64,000 nucleotides of DNA from Bacteroidales bacterium (GTDB lineage: Bacteria > Bacteroidota > Bacteroidia > Bacteroidales > UBA932). The stretch lies in contig JAGCUV010000141.1 in the NCBI GenBank assembly GCA_017962705.1, forward strand, positions 1,894 through 65,893. Direction: 5' to 3'. The notes under the pieces were generated by a model. The model saw only the letters and a program-made list of their open reading frames with translations, was not told where the DNA came from and did no database searches. The position numbers were made by a program, and so were the translations under genes. Shown in pieces: positions 1 to 8,276 of this stretch; position 1 is the stretch's first letter; the number at the start of each line of letters is the position of its first letter.

Positions 1-30
1 GCCTTGATAGAAGAGGGCGTATCCTGACTT

Positions 31-600
31 TTAAGGCTCGTCAGATCCATCAGGGACAGGCACAATTTCAATGTTTCCGTCATCAATAATCGGGGTTGGT
101 TTGTATTTGTCATTTTCAAAAATCCAAGGCTTGTCTCCAATGGAATCCACATAAATGGCAATGGAATCCGCCAGATGAAAGATGTCGGGATGGTCCATCG
201 GGCTAAGGGCGAAACGCCATTGCGGCAAATAGACATCCCGCGCCTTGTCCAAATCCTTCAAGGCTTCCTGCCGCTGGATTTCTTTTTTCAAGTCCTTCTC
301 GCGCTGTTCGAGGATTTTCATCGTCTTTTTGATGATTTTGGCATAACGCTCGGGGTCTTTCAGGTATTCTTGGGCCGTAACGCGATAGTCTTCCACCGTA
401 TAGCCATAGCGTTCAAGGACAGCCCCATAGAGCGAAGCGGTATCCAACGCACTGCGGAGATGCTTGTCTGCCACCCATTGATCCGCCACGAACATATCCG
501 CATAAATCTCCGCCAATTTCTCCTTCGGGATGACGCGCCCCCGTGGCGCACACGAGAGCAGGGCACCCAGCAACAAGAGGAAGAGAAAAATGCGTTTCAT
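31..600 (-). CDS. DUF4296-family lipoprotein
   Basis: Lipobox LLSC; motif IPKEKLAEIYADMFVAD...VLERYG...Y..DPERY typical of Bacteroidota DUF4296; directly downstream of pheT. Confidence 0.7.
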   Translation of the reverse strand: MKRIFLFLLLLGALLSCAPRGRVIPKEKLAEIYADMFVADQWVADKHLRSALDTASLYGAVLERYGYTVEDYRVTAQEYLKDPERYAKIIKKTMKILEQREKDLKKEIQRQEALKDLDKARDVYLPQWRFALSPMDHPDIFHLADSIAIYVDSIGDKPWIFENDKYKPTPIIDDGNIEIVPVPDGSDEP

Positions 601-612
601 CAGCAGTCGGGC

Positions 613-3078
613 TTATCGCAAGGTCGCTCCCCATTCTCCGGTCAGGCTGGCGAGAATCCGGTCCATCGTCTTCTCCACATCCTGGTCGGTCAGGGTCTTT
701 TCTTCATCCTGCAGCACGAAACTCATCGCATATTGCTTCTTGCCGGCGGGAATCTTATCGCCCTGATACACATCGAAGAGGGTGACATTCTTGAGTATCT
801 TCTTCCCGGCACGGATGGCGGTGCGACGCAAATCGGAATAACGCACATTGTCGTCCACCAGCAGGGCCAGGTCGCGGCGCACCTCGGGATAACGGGGCAG
901 TTCCTTGAACAAGACTTTGATGCGTTTGACCAGTTCAAACAGGGCCGGCCAGTTGATTTCCACGGCAAAGACGGGTTGTTTGATATCGAAATTGCGCAGG
1001 ATGGAGCGCTTGATTTCTCCCAATACGGCCAGCGGGGCCTGGCTTCCGGGCAACTGATAGCACACGCCTTCGGCATAAATGTCTTCAGGCGCGGCATCCG
1101 TGGGCAGGGTATTCAAATCAGCGCCCAAGCGTTTGAGCAAGAGTTCGAGATAGCCCTTAAGTTGGAAGAAACTCCCCTTCTGCGCGTCCAGACGCCACAT
1201 TTTTTCTTTGGTCCCGGTCATCATCAGGCAGAAGCAGCTGTGCTCTTCGTAACTGGCGAGAGTCCGGCCGTCCCCTTCGGGGTTCAGGGCGTAAACGCTT
1301 CCGTATTCGAACGTGCGGAGGTTGAGAATCTGGTGGTTGATGTTGCGGGCGATGACTTCCAATCCGCCGAACAGCAGGGTCTGGCGCATCACATTGAGGT
1401 CGGAAGACAAGGGATTGAGAATCCGCACGCAGGCCTCTTCGGGGAAGGTGGTCAGTCCGCTGTAATAGGAGGATTTGGTCAAGGAGTTGTTCATCGTCTC
1501 GACAAATCCGTTGGCGGCCAGGAAGTCGGAAATCTTGTTGCGGACGGCCTCAGCCTCCGGACGGATGGTCGGATTGACCGAAGTCTGCATCCGCTGGGGC
1601 AGTTCGATATGGTTGTAGCCGTAGATACGGAGGATTTCTTCCACCACGTCGCATTCGCGCTCCACGTCAATCATATAGGAAGGAATGTCCACCACAGCCC
1701 CGCAGACCGCTCCTTCGGCATCCTTGCGGCGCTCGACGAAGCGATAGTCCAGGCATTCGAGTATCTTTTCAATGGCCTCAACGCCAATCTGTTTGCCAAT
1801 AAAGCGCTGGATACGATTGTAGTCGAGTTCTATGCGTTTGCGGGTGATGTCCTCGCTATAGACTTTCTGCATCGTGCCGCACACCTTACCGCCGGCCACC
1901 TGCTGCATCAGGGTAATGGCACGGGCGGCGGCCCATTCGAGCACGAGCGGGTCGCAACCCCTTTCATAGCGGAAAGCCGCGTCGGTCTTGAGCCCGTGAC
2001 GTTTGGAGGATTTGCGGATGAAAGTGGGTTTGAAATAAGCGCCTTCGAGCACCACATCCACCGTGCTGTCGCTCACGCCCGATTTTTCTCCGCCGAAAAT
2101 ACCGGCCAGACACATCGGCTTGCAGGTATCGGCAATCATCAGGTCGCTCTCATCAAGGGTTCTTTCCACGCCGTCAAGGGTGACGAACTTCTCTCCCGCC
2201 TTCGCCTGACGGACCACGATGCGACCGCCTTCGATCATAGCCTTGTCAAAGGCGTGCAAGGGCTGTCCCACTTCCATCAACACGAAATTGGTCACGTCCA
2301 CGATGTTGTTGATGGGACGCAGGCCGATGCTCAGCAGGCGTTCCTGCAGCCACTGGGGTGAAGGACCGACTTTCACGCCCAGGAGCGTGGTGGCCGTATA
2401 TTTGGGAGCGCCGAGGGGAGAATCCACCTGGACACCGACGGCTTCGCCGGGCACCTGTTTTTCCTGGAAGGCATCTACGGACGGAATGTGCAGGGCACAG
2501 GGAAGGCCCTGATATTTGAGGTAGGCGTACAAGTCGCGGGCGACGCCGATATGGGAAGCGGCATCCACGCGGTTGGCGGTCAGTCCGATTTCAATGACAG
2601 CATCCGTCTTGAGGTGCAGGTAGTCTTTGGCGGGGGTTCCAGGCACGGCATCCGGCTCCAGCACCATAATTCCGCTGTGGTCTTCTCCGATGCCCAGTTC
2701 ATCCTCGGCGCAAATCATGCCCAAGGACTCCACGCCCCGGATTTTGGACTTCTTGATTTTGAAATCTTCTCCCAGAACGGTTCCCACGGTCGCCAGCAGC
2801 ACTTTCTGCCCGGCCGCCACATTGGGGGCGCCGCACACCACCTGCAGGAGTTCCCCTTCGCCGGTGTTGAGTTTCGTCACGTGCAGGTGGTCGGAATCGG
2901 GGTGCTCCACACATTCCACCACTTCGGCGACAATCACGCCTTTGAGCCCGCCGGGGATCTGTTCCACTTCTTCGAGGGAATCCACTTCGAGCCCGATGGA
3001 AGTCAAGGCGTCCGCAATCTGTTGGGGGCCGAGTTCACAGCTAAGATACTCTTTCAGCCAATTGTACGAGATTTTCAT
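613..3078 (-). CDS. pheT: Phenylalanine--tRNA ligase beta subunit
   Basis: MKISYNWLKEY start, VVCGAPNV, GQPLHAFD, RYERGCDP, C-terminal YPEVRRDLALLV anticodon-binding domain. Confidence 0.98.
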   Translation of the reverse strand: MKISYNWLKEYLSCELGPQQIADALTSIGLEVDSLEEVEQIPGGLKGVIVAEVVECVEHPDSDHLHVTKLNTGEGELLQVVCGAPNVAAGQKVLLATVGTVLGEDFKIKKSKIRGVESLGMICAEDELGIGEDHSGIMVLEPDAVPGTPAKDYLHLKTDAVIEIGLTANRVDAASHIGVARDLYAYLKYQGLPCALHIPSVDAFQEKQVPGEAVGVQVDSPLGAPKYTATTLLGVKVGPSPQWLQERLLSIGLRPINNIVDVTNFVLMEVGQPLHAFDKAMIEGGRIVVRQAKAGEKFVTLDGVERTLDESDLMIADTCKPMCLAGIFGGEKSGVSDSTVDVVLEGAYFKPTFIRKSSKRHGLKTDAAFRYERGCDPLVLEWAAARAITLMQQVAGGKVCGTMQKVYSEDITRKRIELDYNRIQRFIGKQIGVEAIEKILECLDYRFVERRKDAEGAVCGAVVDIPSYMIDVERECDVVEEILRIYGYNHIELPQRMQTSVNPTIRPEAEAVRNKISDFLAANGFVETMNNSLTKSSYYSGLTTFPEEACVRILNPLSSDLNVMRQTLLFGGLEVIARNINHQILNLRTFEYGSVYALNPEGDGRTLASYEEHSCFCLMMTGTKEKMWRLDAQKGSFFQLKGYLELLLKRLGADLNTLPTDAAPEDIYAEGVCYQLPGSQAPLAVLGEIKRSILRNFDIKQPVFAVEINWPALFELVKRIKVLFKELPRYPEVRRDLALLVDDNVRYSDLRRTAIRAGKKILKNVTLFDVYQGDKIPAGKKQYAMSFVLQDEEKTLTDQDVEKTMDRILASLTGEWGATLR

Positions 3079-3133
3079 ATGTTTAATTTCTTAATTCTTC
3101 AATCATTTTCTGCGTTTGCTTGCACACGCTCAA

Positions 3134-4096
3134 TCATTTTTTGATGTCCTCCTCGGAGAAAAGGTTCTCGACATAGGCACGTTTGTCAAAGACTTTGAGA
3201 TCCTCGACGCCCTCGCCGATACCGATGAATTTGATGGGAATCCGGTATTTGTCCACAATACCGATGACTACGCCGCCCTTGGCGCTGCCGTCCAGTTTGG
3301 TGACCGCCAGAGAGGAAATGTCCGTCGCTTTGGCAAACTCGCCCGCCTGCTGGAAGGCATTCTGTCCGGTCGAACCATCCAGCACCAGCATCACATCGGA
3401 GGCACCTTCGGGAATGACTTTCTTGATGACATTCTTGATTTTGGTAAGCTCGTTCATCAGGTCGATGCGGTTGTGCAGACGCCCGGCCGTATCAATCAGC
3501 ACCACGTCCGCCCCTTTGGCGACCGCCGATTTGACGGTGTCGTATGCCACCGAAGCAGGGTCCGAACCCATCTGTTGCTTGACAATATCCACCCCGGCGC
3601 GCTCGGCCCAGATGGTCAGCTGGTCCACGGCCGCCGCCCGAAACGTGTCCGCCGCCCCGATCATCACCTTCTTCCCTTCGGCCCGCAGACGGGAGGCAAT
3701 CTTGCCGATGGTGGTAGTCTTGCCCACGCCGTTCACCCCCACGACAAGAATGACATAGGGTTTCCTGGTAAAATCAAACTGTTCGGAAAAAGTGGGCTCC
3801 ACATAGTCCTCGTCGGATTTCTGCTCGTCCAGATTGACATCCAGCAGGGCGGCAATCTCTTCGCGGAGCATCGTAATGAGTTCGTCCATCGACATATATT
3901 TGTCGCGGCTCACCCTGTCTTCGAGGTTGTCAATGATTTTCAGGGTGGTATCCACGCCCATGTCGGTCGCAATCAACGCATCTTCGATGGCGTCGAGGAT
4001 GTCGTCGCTGACGGTGGACTTCCCGGCAATCGCGCGGGACAGTCTGTCGAAAAGACCGGCCTTTGTTTTCTTTACGCCTTTGTCAAAAATTCCCAT
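3134..4096 (-). CDS. ftsY: Signal recognition particle receptor FtsY
   Basis: GVNGVGKTTT, DTFRAAA, DTAGR, TKLDGSAKGG; start moved to MGIFDKG (4096), just downstream of a -7 box. Confidence 0.97.
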   Translation of the reverse strand: MGIFDKGVKKTKAGLFDRLSRAIAGKSTVSDDILDAIEDALIATDMGVDTTLKIIDNLEDRVSRDKYMSMDELITMLREEIAALLDVNLDEQKSDEDYVEPTFSEQFDFTRKPYVILVVGVNGVGKTTTIGKIASRLRAEGKKVMIGAADTFRAAAVDQLTIWAERAGVDIVKQQMGSDPASVAYDTVKSAVAKGADVVLIDTAGRLHNRIDLMNELTKIKNVIKKVIPEGASDVMLVLDGSTGQNAFQQAGEFAKATDISSLAVTKLDGSAKGGVVIGIVDKYRIPIKFIGIGEGVEDLKVFDKRAYVENLFSEEDIKK

Positions 4097-4102
4097 AACC
4101 TG

Positions 4103-4110
4103 CAAAGTTA
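4103..4110 (-). promoter_or_regulatory. Bacteroidota sigma70 -7 element (TAACTTTG) for ftsY-pheT
   Basis: Exact TAnnTTTG match 6 nt upstream of the ftsY ATG. Confidence 0.7.
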
Positions 4111-4183
4111 ACAATTTCCGCCGATTTTGGGGGATTTTTGGTAAAAAATGACTACTTTCGTGGGCGAAAATCTCCGATGAAGA

Positions 4184-4972
4184 ATGAATAGCGACCGATA
4201 TACGAGCATCGCCGCGCCGACGGAAGGACTGTTCAAGGACAAGGGCAGCCGTTTCATCGCGTTCGCCCTGCCGGTATCGGGCGAGGAGGAGGTCAAAGAG
4301 GCGGTGGACCAGGCGCGCAAGAAATACCACGACGCCCGCCACGTCTGCTACGCCTATCGGCTCGGAGCGAACGGAGGCAGAGAAAACGGGGGTGCGGGAA
4401 CAGGCGGACCGGGACCTGATGCGTTGGGCGGAGATCGGTTAGGTGCTGACGGGATTGGCGGAGCTGGACTTACTGCTGGGATTGGCGGGGCTGGACTGTT
4501 GGCGGGCAAATGGCGGATGAATGACGACGGGGAGCCGTCCGGAAGCGCGGGCCGCCCCATTCTGGGCCAGATCGACTCCTACGGTCTGAGCGACATCCTG
4601 ATTATTGTAGTGCGCTATTTCGGAGGCATCAAGCTCGGCATTCCGGGGCTCATCAACGCGTATCGCAGCGCGGCGGCCGACGCTCTTTCGCAGGCGCAAA
4701 TCATCGAGAAAACGGTCTGCCTGACGCTGACGGCCACCTTCCCCTATGAAAAAATGGGCGAAGTGATGAAACTGACCAAATCCACTCGCGGGCCGGGCGG
4801 CGGGCCGGCAGGCGGATTGGGAGGAAGGCCAAGCGGCGGGTCGGCAGCGGGAAGCGAAGGCATCCGCATACTGAACCTGGAGATGGATACGCCCTGCCGC
4901 ATCACCCTCTCCGTTCCCCTCTCCCAAGTCCCCTCCATCCGACAGAACCCTTGGCTCTCTTTTGAAGAATAG
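4184..4972 (+). CDS. yigZ: YigZ/IMPACT family protein with Gly-rich insertions
   Basis: KDKGSRFIA, ARHVCYAYRLG, DDGEPSGSAGRP, VVRYFGGIKLG. Confidence 0.9.
   Translation: MNSDRYTSIAAPTEGLFKDKGSRFIAFALPVSGEEEVKEAVDQARKKYHDARHVCYAYRLGANGGRENGGAGTGGPGPDALGGDRLGADGIGGAGLTAGIGGAGLLAGKWRMNDDGEPSGSAGRPILGQIDSYGLSDILIIVVRYFGGIKLGIPGLINAYRSAAADALSQAQIIEKTVCLTLTATFPYEKMGEVMKLTKSTRGPGGGPAGGLGGRPSGGSAAGSEGIRILNLEMDTPCRITLSVPLSQVPSIRQNPWLSFEE
4451..4497 (+). repeat. 27-bp-period tandem duplication inside yigZ (GIGGAGL x2)
   Basis: gggattggcggagctggact at 4451 and gggattggcggggctggact at 4478. Confidence 0.8.
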
Positions 4973-5080
4973 CGCTGAGCGAGAGCGTTGAGGGAGCACA
5001 GGTGAAAAGAATTTCAGAATCCCTTTTTTCGGGTTCTGAAAACTTTTTGCCTGTGCGTGAAAAGCTCAAGCGCTATTCTT
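4965..5080. repeat. 116-bp imperfect palindrome between convergent yigZ and uvrB (probable bidirectional terminator or REP/MITE-like element)
   Basis: AAGAATAGCGCT (4965-4976) / AGCGCTATTCTT (5069-5080); inner stems GCACAGG/CCTGTGC and TTTCAGAATCC/GGGTTCTGAAA. Confidence 0.75.
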
Positions 5081-7199
5081 TCCAGACTTTCAGGTATTCT
5101 TGCAGCGCCCACATCTCGTCGCGGAATTTGGCGGCGGCAGGGAAATCGAGGGCGGCCGCCGCCTTCTTCATATTGCGTTCTGCCTCCTTGACGCACTTTT
5201 CGACCTGCTCTCGGCTCATCGCACGGATAACCGGGTCCTGGAGTACGGCGGCCAGGTCGGCCTTCACATAGCCGTCCACGGTCTTGGCGGTACCTTCCCG
5301 GCGGGAATCCAGGCCCAATCCGACCGACACTTTTCCGTGGCCCAGCTCATCGGGCGAAGGAATATAAGCCGGATCGTCGTAGGAAGTCGGAGCGCTGGAA
5401 CGGCCTTTGGAAGCGACCAGCACATTGCTGTGCGAGCGAATCTGCGTGGGTGTGATATGGTGTTCTTCGTTATAGGCCAACTGTTTGTTGCGGCGGCGGG
5501 CCGTCTCTTCCAGTGTCCGGCGCATCGAACCGGTAATCGAGTCCGCATACATGATCACCAGCCCGTTGACATTGCGGGCGGCTCTGCCAGCCGTCTGCGT
5601 CAGGGCCGTATCGGAGCGCAAAAATCCTTCCTTGTCCGCATCCAGAATCGCGACCAGCGACACCAGCGGGATGTCCAGTCCTTCCCGCAGCAGGTTTACG
5701 CCGACCAGCACATCGAAAAGCCCGTTTTTGAAGTCCTCGATGATTTCCACCCGCTCCATCGTATCGACATCGGAGTGGATATAGCGGCAGCGTACGCCCA
5801 TTCGCTGGAAATAACTGTCCAATTCCTCGGCCATCCGCTTGGTCAGCGTGGTCACGAGCACCCGTTCATCGCGTTCCGCCCGCACACGCACCTCTTCCAG
5901 CAAATCGTCCACCTGGTTCTCGGTAGGCCGGATTTCGATGGGCGGATCAAGCAGGCCGGTCGGCCTCACCACCTGTTCGACGATGAGCCCTTCGGATTTT
6001 TCCAATTCATAATCGGCCGGAGTGGCGCTGACAAACACGCGCTGGCCCGTCAGTTCTTCAAATTCTTCAAATTTCAACGGTCGGTTGTCCGCCGCAGCCG
6101 GCAAACGGAAACCATAGTCAATCAACACGGACTTGCGGCTGTGGTCGCCCCCGTACATCGCCCGGATCTGGGGAATCGTCACGTGCGACTCATCAATGAA
6201 TGTGACAAAATCATCGGGGAAATAGTCCAGCAGGCAGAAAGGACGCGTGCCGGCAGCGCGGCCGTCAAAGTACCGGGAGTAGTTCTCGATGCCGGAACAG
6301 TAGCCCATTTCCTTGATCATTTCCAGGTCGTATTCCACCCGCTGTTTCAGGCGCTTGGCCTCGAGAAATTTCCCGATTTCCTCCAGATACTTGCACTGGT
6401 CGAGCAGGTCGGTCTGAATCTGGCTGACGGCCAGGGCGCTTCTCTCCTTGGTCGTCACAAAGTTGTTGGCCGGGTAGATGTTGACCTCCTCGATTTCTTC
6501 CAAACGGGCGCCGGTCGCAGGGTCGATGACGAAAATCGCATCGATCTCATTCCCGAAAAACTCCACGCGAACCGCGTTCTGCCCATATCCCATACAGATA
6601 TCCGTGCTCTCTCCGTTGACCCGGAAACAGCCCATCTTGAACTCCCCTTCCGTACGGTTGTAGAGGGCGTCGACCAACGCATACATCAGCGAAGTCTGAG
6701 TGATGCGCTGGCCTTTCTGAAGATGAATGGTCTGGTTGTGGAAATCTTCCGGATTGCCGACGCCATACAGGCACGACACGCTGGAAATCACAATCACATC
6801 GCGCCGGCCGCTCAGCAGGGAAGATGCCGTAGAAAGGCGCAGACGCTCGATTTCCTCATTGATGGACAGATCTTTTTCTATATAGGTATCGGTGGTCGGC
6901 AAGTAGGCCTCGGGCTGGTAATAGTCGTAGTACGACACAAAATACTCCACCGCATTCTTGGGGAAAAAGGCCTTGAACTCGCCATATAACTGGGCCGCCA
7001 GGGTCTTGTTGTGGCTCAGCACCAGGGCCGGCCGCTGCAACCTTTCGATGACATTGGCCATCGTAAACGTCTTGCCGGAACCCGTCACGCCCAGCAGCGT
7101 CACATTCTCCACGCCGCCCGACAATGCCTTGCAGATTCCGTCGATCGCTGAGGGCTGATCCCCCGCCGGCGCATAAGTAGATACCAACTGAAAATTCAT
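5073..7199 (-). CDS. uvrB: Excinuclease ABC subunit B
   Basis: LGVTGSGKTFT, YFVSYYDYYQPEAY, DESHVT, NLLREGLD, C-terminal UVR domain. Confidence 0.98.
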   Translation of the reverse strand: MNFQLVSTYAPAGDQPSAIDGICKALSGGVENVTLLGVTGSGKTFTMANVIERLQRPALVLSHNKTLAAQLYGEFKAFFPKNAVEYFVSYYDYYQPEAYLPTTDTYIEKDLSINEEIERLRLSTASSLLSGRRDVIVISSVSCLYGVGNPEDFHNQTIHLQKGQRITQTSLMYALVDALYNRTEGEFKMGCFRVNGESTDICMGYGQNAVRVEFFGNEIDAIFVIDPATGARLEEIEEVNIYPANNFVTTKERSALAVSQIQTDLLDQCKYLEEIGKFLEAKRLKQRVEYDLEMIKEMGYCSGIENYSRYFDGRAAGTRPFCLLDYFPDDFVTFIDESHVTIPQIRAMYGGDHSRKSVLIDYGFRLPAAADNRPLKFEEFEELTGQRVFVSATPADYELEKSEGLIVEQVVRPTGLLDPPIEIRPTENQVDDLLEEVRVRAERDERVLVTTLTKRMAEELDSYFQRMGVRCRYIHSDVDTMERVEIIEDFKNGLFDVLVGVNLLREGLDIPLVSLVAILDADKEGFLRSDTALTQTAGRAARNVNGLVIMYADSITGSMRRTLEETARRRNKQLAYNEEHHITPTQIRSHSNVLVASKGRSSAPTSYDDPAYIPSPDELGHGKVSVGLGLDSRREGTAKTVDGYVKADLAAVLQDPVIRAMSREQVEKCVKEAERNMKKAAAALDFPAAAKFRDEMWALQEYLKVWKE

Positions 7200-7200
7200 T

Positions 7201-8208
7201 CTAAACCTCCTTTACCACCCATTTTCCGCCTTTGTCCGGTCCTTCCCGCATAAGAAGTCCATCTGCCTTCAATTTGGATAGATGCTTCTCCACGGCCTTG
7301 TCGGAGATGCCCAGCGAATCTGCCAATTGTTTCGTTGTCATTTGAGGATTGTCTCGCAAAAGGCAGCGTATTTTCTCCCTACTTTTCCCCGTTTTCTCCC
7401 TACCTTTCTGATTTTTCTCCCCACTTTCCTGCATAGACTGAAGATAAGAATCAATGTCTATTTTGAGCGTCTTCACCATTTCCCCAGCCATAAAATCCCG
7501 GAAATAGGACAAATTTTCTTTTTCTCGCGTTGCGATTAACGCCTCGATATAATCCGCCTTATCCTCTTTCAGGACTTTGGAGGGAACGAGTCCGAATTCA
7601 AATTGGAGATGGTTCATCAAAAGCCTCGCCATTCGTCCATTTCCATCCGCCCAGGGATGAATGGTAACCAGTCGATAATGTGCATCGAAACTAAGATAAT
7701 ATTGTTCCTGCACCGTCATCTTCTTCTCGCGCTCTGCATTCAGCCAATGACAAAAATCCTCCAAACACGCAGGAACCTTGGTATAACTCATATAGGAACG
7801 CCCGCCGACGCCGGCTGTCACATTGACGAGTCGAAGGTCTCCGTTGGCGGATGAGAACTCCCCCAAGGCTGTTTTATATACAGAACCGGTATTCTTCATG
7901 ACGAGGCGGGCCAGAGACTTTAGAAAATCCACCGTGATAAGTGTATGCTTCTTTGCCAGTTGAATGCTCTCCTCATATGCCGCTTTCAGATCCAAATTCA
8001 TCAATTGTTCAAGGATGGTTTTCCCTTTTGCGGAAATTCCCTCATCAAACAACATCTGGTTTTCTATTTCCGTGATGGTCGAGCCCTCTATTGCCGTAGA
8101 ATGCGTAATAATTGAGTACAGGTAAAACTTCTCGTAGTCAATCTGCGAGTCTATCTCCAACTCTCTATAACGCCCAAGAAGAGTATTCAATTCATCAATA
8201 GCAGCCAT
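7201..8208 (-). CDS. Fic family protein (class II-like) with C-terminal winged HTH
   Basis: Fic motif HPWADGNGRMAR; N-terminal inhibitory-type STAIEG; C-terminal NPQMTTKQLADSLGISDKAVEKHLSKLK...GGKW; more AT-rich than its neighbours. Confidence 0.92.
   Translation of the reverse strand: MAAIDELNTLLGRYRELEIDSQIDYEKFYLYSIITHSTAIEGSTITEIENQMLFDEGISAKGKTILEQLMNLDLKAAYEESIQLAKKHTLITVDFLKSLARLVMKNTGSVYKTALGEFSSANGDLRLVNVTAGVGGRSYMSYTKVPACLEDFCHWLNAEREKKMTVQEQYYLSFDAHYRLVTIHPWADGNGRMARLLMNHLQFEFGLVPSKVLKEDKADYIEALIATREKENLSYFRDFMAGEMVKTLKIDIDSYLQSMQESGEKNQKGREKTGKSREKIRCLLRDNPQMTTKQLADSLGISDKAVEKHLSKLKADGLLMREGPDKGGKWVVKEV
7371..7427 (-). repeat. Three copies of a 15-bp motif (coding strand AAAGTAGGGAGAAAA) at 21-bp period inside the Fic gene
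   Basis: TTTTCTCCCTACTTT at 7371, TTTTCTCCCTACCTT at 7392, TTTTCTCCCCACTTT at 7413. Confidence 0.9.
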
Positions 8209-8228
8209 AGTCCTTTAAATTTTCGCTG

Positions 8229-8276
8229 CAAAGATAACATTTTCTCCCTACTTTCCTCCTATTTTCTCCCTACTTT
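8229..8276 (-). promoter_or_regulatory. Fic promoter: -7 box plus two direct-repeat putative operators
   Basis: TATCTTTG (8236-8229); TTTTCTCCCTACTTT at 8240-8254 and 8262-8276. Confidence 0.7.

Noticed and set aside
3134-4342. Track start sites for ftsY (4342), AAA ATPase (12084), radical SAM (22046), rsmA (31946), DUF3575 (47327), ychF (49085)
   Set aside because: The extensions run through promoter boxes or neighbouring genes; downstream ATGs match the family N-termini
7371-8276. 15-bp repeats as a CRISPR array or replication iterons
   Set aside because: Spacers are only 6-7 bp, and there is no cas or rep gene; three copies are protein-coding
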